Shown one piece after another: positions 26,069 to 32,055 of a DNA stretch of 32,055 bases (the stretch's first letter is position 1; the number at the start of each line of letters is the position of its first letter). Source of the DNA: an uncultured Sphingorhabdus sp. (GTDB taxonomy: Bacteria > Pseudomonadota > Alphaproteobacteria > Sphingomonadales > Sphingomonadaceae); assembly GCA_964535925.1 (NCBI GenBank), contig CAZHWG010000001.1, positions 1-32,055 of the forward strand, given 5' to 3'. A program made the translations under genes and the position numbers. The notes beneath the pieces were generated by a model. It was not told the origin of the DNA. It worked only from the letters and a program-made list of their open reading frames with translations, and did no database searches.

Positions 26069-27874
26069 TCACTTGCCCGGAAGCTTTTCGACCTCCAAAC
26101 CGTCGGTGCTCGACCAGGCGAACGAATCGCCGCCCGCCTTGCGATATTCGGCGTCCCAGGCCTTGGCGTCCTTAAGGCTGTCGAACGGTCCGACGACGAG
26201 GCGGCGCGTCTGCCCCCATTGCGACGTCCAGCCGTCCTGCCCCTTGAACTGTTCGGGATATTTCTTCGCCATGCGCCGGAAATCGAACGCCAGCGCCTTC
26301 ACGTCGGCACCGGTCGCAACCTGGACCCAGAAGCGCGCCGGGTTGGCCGCCTTGGCCAGTTTTTCAGCCTTCTTCGCATCGGCTTCGGCCTTTGCCTTGG
26401 CGTCGGCCTCCTGCCTGGCTTTCGCTGCCGCCTGAACCTTGGCCTTTTCGACCGCCGCGCGCTTTTCCTCGGCCGCCTGCTCGGCCAGCGCCTCCTGCTT
26501 GATCCGCTCGAGCTCGGCGGCGCTCAGCGCGGCGGTCGGCGGGCGCTCCGACGTGGCGGGCACGTCGATCGCGTTGACGATATCGAACAGCGATATCTCG
26601 CGCGCGGGGGCATTATCGCTCGGGCTGGTCGGGCCATAGACGGAAGTCGACGTTGCGGTCGGCGCGCTTGGCGTCGTGCGCGGGGCGATCGTGATCGCCT
26701 GCGCCGGCGGCAGCGAAGGCGATGCACTGGCGCTCGCATTGCCGCTGAAGCCCGGCTGGACCGCCGATGACGGCGGCAGTTGCGTCGAGCGGATCGGTTC
26801 GGCGCGCTGGACGACCTGGGTCGTGGCCGGCTGCGGACTAGGTGCCGCGGGTTGGGGGACGACCTGCGGAGTCGGCGAAGTAGTGACCGCCGTGCGTCGA
26901 CCGCGCGTCAACGTCGTCGAACCGGCGGGCGCCGGAACCGCCCGCGCCGCCTTGTCGCGTTGGGCCTGGTCGCGCGCGGCCCGGCGCGCCGCATCGCGCT
27001 CGGCGCGCGTCGGCCTGCGGCTCGATGCCGGGGCGGGAGCGCGGGTGTCGGCCGAAGCGAGGCGAACCTCCGAAGGCGCCAGCGGCCCGGTGGGAAACTT
27101 GCCCAGGTGCACTGCCGCTGCCTTTTGCACCGGGGTCAGATTGTCCATCCGCGCAAGATAGGGCTTGATGTCGCGCGCCAGGTCGGCCGGCATCATCGCG
27201 TCGACCGTCTTTGCGGCTTCGCCGGTCTGCCCGTTCATCGCCAGGATGAAGGCTTGCGCACGCCAGGCGGCGCGATCCTGGCTCGCCAGCAACGGGTTGA
27301 GGATCGCGAGGGCCGCCTTGCTGTTGCCGGCAATGCCCATCGACAGCGCATAATTGCGCGTCAGCGTCGGATCGCCCGGCTTGATCGCGAGCGCAGCGCG
27401 ATAGTCGCGCTGTGCCGCGGCGCCATCGCCGCTGAGTTCATAGGCCAGCGCGCGCTCGCCGAGATAGGCCCGTTCACGGGCGCCGAGGCTCTCGGCTTCG
27501 CCGAAATAGCGCAGCGCCTGGTCGTCCTTTCCGATCCCCATCATCGCCGCGCCGAGCGCCGATTTGACCCGCGCCTCGCGCGGGATGATACGCTCTGCAC
27601 GCGCGAGAAAACCGAGCGCTGACTGCGGGTCGTTTAGGGCGATCGCCGCCTCGCCCGCATCGAGCAGTGCGTAGCCATTATTGCCGTTCTGCGCGATCCG
27701 GGACAACGCGCCGGCGAGCTTCTTCTGCGCATCGGCGCGTTCCTGGAACGCTGCGCGTTCGGCAGGCGTGGCGACGTGGGCCGGTTGCACCTGCGCGCTG
27801 GCGGGCACACCGATCGCCGCTGTCGCCAGCGCAAGCGCCGGGAGGCGGAACAGGGGATGAAGAAGCGAAGTCAC
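26069..27874 (-). CDS. Exported TPR + SPOR domain protein
   Basis: Signal peptide, TPR-like helices (AQRDYRAAL, RNYALSMGIAG), Pro/Ser/Thr linker, Ala/Lys/Glu helix, SPOR-like FWVQVATG...RLVVGPFDS..A. Confidence 0.85.
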   Translation of the reverse strand: MTSLLHPLFRLPALALATAAIGVPASAQVQPAHVATPAERAAFQERADAQKKLAGALSRIAQNGNNGYALLDAGEAAIALNDPQSALGFLARAERIIPREARVKSALGAAMMGIGKDDQALRYFGEAESLGARERAYLGERALAYELSGDGAAAQRDYRAALAIKPGDPTLTRNYALSMGIAGNSKAALAILNPLLASQDRAAWRAQAFILAMNGQTGEAAKTVDAMMPADLARDIKPYLARMDNLTPVQKAAAVHLGKFPTGPLAPSEVRLASADTRAPAPASSRRPTRAERDAARRAARDQAQRDKAARAVPAPAGSTTLTRGRRTAVTTSPTPQVVPQPAAPSPQPATTQVVQRAEPIRSTQLPPSSAVQPGFSGNASASASPSLPPAQAITIAPRTTPSAPTATSTSVYGPTSPSDNAPAREISLFDIVNAIDVPATSERPPTAALSAAELERIKQEALAEQAAEEKRAAVEKAKVQAAAKARQEADAKAKAEADAKKAEKLAKAANPARFWVQVATGADVKALAFDFRRMAKKYPEQFKGQDGWTSQWGQTRRLVVGPFDSLKDAKAWDAEYRKAGGDSFAWSSTDGLEVEKLPGK

Positions 27875-27987
27875 CCGATCAGTCTATAACGTCACGGGCT
27901 GAATGGCGCGCAACACAGCCCGCAGCCGGTCGTGAATGGGGCACCGTCCATCCTGTCGAGCGCGACATGTCGCGGACCGGCGCCAGC

Positions 27988-29700
27988 CTATTGATTGTTC
28001 TGCCGATTGAGGAAGCGCGGGATCTCGAGAGCGTCGCCATCGTCGTCTCCGTCGTCTCCATCGGCATCGCTCTTGGGCGCGCCGCGCGAAAGCCGTGACA
28101 TCCGTTCGAACAGCGTCCCGCCGCCCTTGGTGCTCGACGCCGCAGGAGCGGATTTCGACGGACTGTCGAGGACCAGTTCATCTTCGTCGTCGGCCGGCGC
28201 CGCGCTATCATGCGAGCCATCCTGGCTCTGGCGCAGCCGTTCCCGGATCGACAGGCCAGGCACCGGTTCGGGCGCAGTGTCGTCATAGGTCGGAATCGCC
28301 TGGCGCTTGGGCGTAACGGCCGAACGGAACGGCGGAATCGGCGCCTCGTCCGACGACGAACTGTCGAGCTCGTCGGATAGCTCGAGCGGCTCTGCGTCGG
28401 CGTCCGAACCGCCATCTGCGGCAGGCCCGGTGCCTTCGAACGACGGCTCCGATTCTGCCGGACGCGGCGCAGCAGGCGCAAAGCCCTGGCGCGGCGGCGG
28501 CACATCGTAGGAAACGTCCGTGTCCTCGTCGGCGGTATCGTCCAAGCCGTGATCGCTGGCAAAGCCGGCCGAGTGGTCGCCGCTGTCGTCGGCGTCATCG
28601 CTCGCGGTGACGGCTTCGCTCTCGGCGGGTGCGTCGGCGATGCTCGTCGGAACGGTTTCGACAGGAGCCTCTGACGCCTGCTTGCGCGGCGGGAACGAAA
28701 AGGCGCGGCTGACCGGGGCGCGATCGCCCTCGGCATCGGCGTCGATTCCGGTCGCGACGACCGAGACGCGGATCTTGCCTTCGAGGTTGTCGTTGAACGC
28801 CGAACCCCAGATGATGTTGGCTTCGGGATCGACCAGCTCGCGAATGTGGTTGGCGGCCTCGTCGACTTCCATCAGGCGCATGTCCTCGCCGCCGGTGATC
28901 GAGATGATGACGCCCTTGGCGCCGCGCATCGACACGCCGTCGAGCAGCGGGTTGGCGATCGCCTTTTCGGCGGCTTCGAGCGCGCGGCCGTCGCCTTCGG
29001 CTTCGCCGGTGCCCATCATCGCCTTGCCCATTTCGTGCATGACCGAGCGGACGTCGGCGAAATCGAGGTTGATGAGGCCGGGCATGACCATCAGGTCGGT
29101 GATGCCGCGAACGCCCTGTTGCAGGACTTCGTCGGCCATCTGGAACGCTTCCTTGAAGGTCGTATTCGGGTTGGCGACGAGGAACAGGTTCTGGTTGGGA
29201 ATGACGATCAGCGTGTCGACATTGGCCTGCAGTTCCTCGATACCGGCATCGGCCGAACGCATGCGGCGCGAACCTTCGAAGGTGAACGGCTTAGTGACGA
29301 CGCCGACGGTTAGGATGCCACGGTCGCGCGCGGCCTTGGCGATGACCGGAGCAGCACCGGTTCCGGTGCCGCCGCCCATGCCCGCGGCGATGAAGCACAT
29401 ATGCGCGCCCTCGAGCGCCTGCTCGACCGAATGGATCGTTTCCTCGGCAGCGGCGCGGCCGATTTCGGGGCGCGAACCGGCGCCAAGCCCCTGGGTGATA
29501 TCGGGCCCGAGCTGGATCCGGCTTTCGGCGGCCGACGCGTTGAGCGCCTGGGCATCGGTGTTGGCGACGATGAAGTCGACGCCTTCGACATTGGCCGCGA
29601 TCATGTTGGCGATCGCGTTGCCGCCCGCCCCACCGACGCCGATAACGGCGATCCGTGGCCTCAGTTCATCGACTTCGGGCGGTCCGATGTTGATACCCAT
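27988..29700 (-). CDS. ftsZ: Cell division protein FtsZ
   Basis: [35 protein letters not shown]-terminal [10 protein letters not shown]. Confidence 0.99.
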   Translation of the reverse strand: MGINIGPPEVDELRPRIAVIGVGGAGGNAIANMIAANVEGVDFIVANTDAQALNASAAESRIQLGPDITQGLGAGSRPEIGRAAAEETIHSVEQALEGAHMCFIAAGMGGGTGTGAAPVIAKAARDRGILTVGVVTKPFTFEGSRRMRSADAGIEELQANVDTLIVIPNQNLFLVANPNTTFKEAFQMADEVLQQGVRGITDLMVMPGLINLDFADVRSVMHEMGKAMMGTGEAEGDGRALEAAEKAIANPLLDGVSMRGAKGVIISITGGEDMRLMEVDEAANHIRELVDPEANIIWGSAFNDNLEGKIRVSVVATGIDADAEGDRAPVSRAFSFPPRKQASEAPVETVPTSIADAPAESEAVTASDDADDSGDHSAGFASDHGLDDTADEDTDVSYDVPPPRQGFAPAAPRPAESEPSFEGTGPAADGGSDADAEPLELSDELDSSSSDEAPIPPFRSAVTPKRQAIPTYDDTAPEPVPGLSIRERLRQSQDGSHDSAAPADDEDELVLDSPSKSAPAASSTKGGGTLFERMSRLSRGAPKSDADGDDGDDDGDALEIPRFLNRQNNQ

Positions 29701-29841
29701 GGCCTGAATTCTCCCCTCGCCCGCCGGTCTGGCCGGGACTGTTCACTGGTGCATCGCGCGCGCCGCGCAACGGTTGCGGAATCAATGCACTAAACGAGGG
29801 CCGGAATCACCATAAAAATTAACCTTCTTGCATCGTTTGGC

Positions 29842-31095
29842 CTAAAAATTCCGCCGGAACGCCTTCATGAGCCGCGCCAGAACCGGACCGCCGCCGCCGC
29901 CGGTCTCGTCGATATTGCGCGTGCCGATCCGGCGCAGGTCGATCGGGTCCTTCGCAGCATAGAGCACGAGCCCCGCCATCGTCGCGAAGGCCGGCCCGCT
30001 GTGCGCCTCGGGCAGCGACGACAGGCCGCGCGGGCGACCGATCCGCACCGACCGGCCGAGCGCGCCTTGCGCATAATCGGCCATGCCCTTCATGTCGGCA
30101 CCGCCGCCCGCAAGGACGACCTGGCGCCCGACCGGGCCGCCATAGCCCATCTCCTTGAGGCATTTGCCGATTTCGCCGATCATGTGGTCGAGCCGCTCGC
30201 GAATGACCGTGATCAGCTGTGCACGCGTGATCTGGCGGCGCGGCTGGCCGCTGTCGCCCGGCTCGATATCGACCATGTCGTTGTTGTCGCGCGGGCTCGG
30301 CATCGCCGATCCGTAGAAGCATTTCATCCGCTCGGCCTGGCTGCGGCGAATGCCGAAGGCGCTGGCGATGTCGTCGGTAATCTCGCCCGCGCCGAACGGC
30401 AGCGACGACAGGGCGACGAGCATGCCCCCGGCAAACAGCGAGATATTCGTCACCGCCGAGCCGATCTCGACGAGCGCGACGCCAAGGTCGCGTTCCTCTT
30501 CGGAGAGGCAGGCCAGCCCCGTCGCGACCGGCGCTGCGACGATCGACTTGACGTCGAGATGGGCAGCGCGGACGCACATTTCCAGATTGCGGACGGGCGG
30601 ACCGTCGGCGAGCACGATATGGATATCGACGCCGAGCTTGTCGGCGTGGAGACCGATCGGGCTGCTGACCCCCTGAAGATCGTCGAGCGTGTAGAGCGCG
30701 GGTTCGGCATGGAGGATCATCCGCCCTTCGGGATCGATCGACGCACGCCCCGCCGCGAACAGTGCATCGACATCCTCCTGTTCGACGCGATGGCCCGACA
30801 GCTCCACCTCGGCGCGCGCGGTATCGCTCGATAGGCTGCCCGCCGAAAAGCCAACCCAGACATGCTCGATATTGATGCCGGCAATCCGTTCGGCCTGCTC
30901 GATCGCTTCGCGCACCGCCTGTTCGGCCTTGTCGCGATCGACGACATAGCCGCGCTTGATCCCCTGGCTCTGGCGCTGGCCGGTCCCGAGCACGGTCAGC
31001 CGGCCGTTTTCGTCCTCGCCCGCGATCAGCGCGCAGACCTTGGCCGAGCCGATGTCGATGCCGGTAAACAGGCGTTCGTAGCGCGCGGCGGCCAT
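29842..31095 (-). CDS. ftsA: Cell division protein FtsA
   Basis: GIDIGSAKV, EERDLGVALVEIG, ITDDIA, AERMK, VLAGGGA, VRIGRP, C-terminal amphipathic helix. Confidence 0.97.
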   Translation of the reverse strand: MAAARYERLFTGIDIGSAKVCALIAGEDENGRLTVLGTGQRQSQGIKRGYVVDRDKAEQAVREAIEQAERIAGINIEHVWVGFSAGSLSSDTARAEVELSGHRVEQEDVDALFAAGRASIDPEGRMILHAEPALYTLDDLQGVSSPIGLHADKLGVDIHIVLADGPPVRNLEMCVRAAHLDVKSIVAAPVATGLACLSEEERDLGVALVEIGSAVTNISLFAGGMLVALSSLPFGAGEITDDIASAFGIRRSQAERMKCFYGSAMPSPRDNNDMVDIEPGDSGQPRRQITRAQLITVIRERLDHMIGEIGKCLKEMGYGGPVGRQVVLAGGGADMKGMADYAQGALGRSVRIGRPRGLSSLPEAHSGPAFATMAGLVLYAAKDPIDLRRIGTRNIDETGGGGGPVLARLMKAFRRNF

Positions 31096-31097
31096 GC

Positions 31098-32003
31098 TTA
31101 TTCCTCGCCGCTATCAGAGGCGGGATCGGCCACGGGCTTGGGCGCGGCCCGCTCGCCGGGCAGGAAGACGAACTTGTCGGGATCGCGCATGTCAAAGCGG
31201 ACGATGCCGCGACCGAGCAGGCGATTGGCCCCGTCCATCCGGGCGAAATCGATCAGCGCCGCCTTCGCCTCGGCATCGCCTTCGGGCAGCGCGAGCGTTT
31301 CGCCCGACTGGAAGCGCAGGTCCCAGCGCCGGTTGCCGACCCAGGTCGCGCCCGCAACCAGCGGCCGCAGCGCGGGCACTTCGTCGAGCAGCTTGTCGAG
31401 CTGCTTGGTCTGGCGATTGGCATTGGGGCCGATGACGAGCGGCAGGTCGGGCGCATTGCGCGCATCGACGCGCTCGAGCACGACGCCGTTCTTGTCGATC
31501 AGCGCGAGTTTCCGGTTGTTCTGCCACACCGCCGAAGGCGTGCGCTCGACGATATCGACGACGAGCGTATCGGGCAGCCGGCGCGAAACGCGTGCATCGG
31601 CGATCCAGCCATATTGCATGAGGTCGCCGCGGACCTCGTCGAGATCGACTGCAGCCATCGAACGATTGCGCTGATTGAGCGCGATTTCATAGACCTTCGC
31701 CTGGTCGATCCGATCGACCCCGACGACCTCGACGCGGCGCACTTCGAACCCGGCGCGGCCGACCGCCTTTTCGACCTCTTCGGCGATCTTCGCCGATACG
31801 CCGCTGACATTGGCTGCAACAACGACGAGGACGACGAGCAGCGACACGATCACCAGCGTCGCGATGCGTTGCAGCGTCGCCCGGCTCACCGGGAGCGCAC
31901 CCAGCACCGCATCGACGCGCGATCCTTGCGTCTTGCGCCGCGCAGGCTTGCGCCGCGGCGCGGGCTTGGCACGCTTGCCGCGCTTGATCTTCGCGGCGGT
32001 CAT
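31098..32003 (-). CDS. ftsQ: Cell division protein FtsQ/DivIB
   Basis: Basic N-terminus, one TM, POTRA WIADARVSRRLPDTLVVDIVERTP, RRWDL, FDMRDPD. Confidence 0.95.
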   Translation of the reverse strand: MTAAKIKRGKRAKPAPRRKPARRKTQGSRVDAVLGALPVSRATLQRIATLVIVSLLVVLVVVAANVSGVSAKIAEEVEKAVGRAGFEVRRVEVVGVDRIDQAKVYEIALNQRNRSMAAVDLDEVRGDLMQYGWIADARVSRRLPDTLVVDIVERTPSAVWQNNRKLALIDKNGVVLERVDARNAPDLPLVIGPNANRQTKQLDKLLDEVPALRPLVAGATWVGNRRWDLRFQSGETLALPEGDAEAKAALIDFARMDGANRLLGRGIVRFDMRDPDKFVFLPGERAAPKPVADPASDSGEE

Positions 32004-32055
32004 CGCGCCGCGGCGCCGGCCAGCGCCTCCTCTACGATCCGTTCGACCAGCTCGG
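32000..32055 (-). CDS. ddl: 3' end of probable D-alanine--D-alanine ligase
   Basis: ...ELVERIVEEALAGAAAR*, stop overlapping the ftsQ ATG. Assignment from dcw synteny and only 17 codons. Confidence 0.65.
   Translation of the reverse strand, partial: ELVERIVEEALAGAAAR

Overview
GC-rich alphaproteobacterial chromosome segment, most likely Sphingomonadales (inferred from protein style and gene order). About 1-18.6 kb is part of a flagellar cluster of the sigma54/sigma28 (gammaproteobacterial or Rhodobacter fla1-like) type. It contains two tandem short flagellins, a FleT-like enhancer-binding protein, fliEFGHIJ-fliKLMN-fliOPQR-flhB, fliD-fliS and a FleQ-like activator. Next come a divergent DUF3391/HD-GYP phosphodiesterase, a cobalamin-riboswitch unit (TonB-dependent receptor plus a small ~6-TM membrane protein), an rsmB-like gene, DUF1674, dgt, a TPR-SPOR protein and the end of the dcw cluster (ddl'-ftsQ-ftsA-ftsZ). 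Main observations: (1) a readable regulatory code of three sigma54 promoters, each preceded by a phased pair of CG(G/T/C)CA-N6-TG(C/A)CG palindromes, with two pairs buried in the fliJ and fliN coding sequences, plus three sigma28 promoters, one using the flhB stop codon; (2) a candidate stand-alone, Cys-containing S-component-like B12 importer; (3) a Leu-to-Pro change in the conserved FliP SELKTAF motif; (4) a FliM lacking the CheY-binding peptide. All calls are by eye and no database searches were run.
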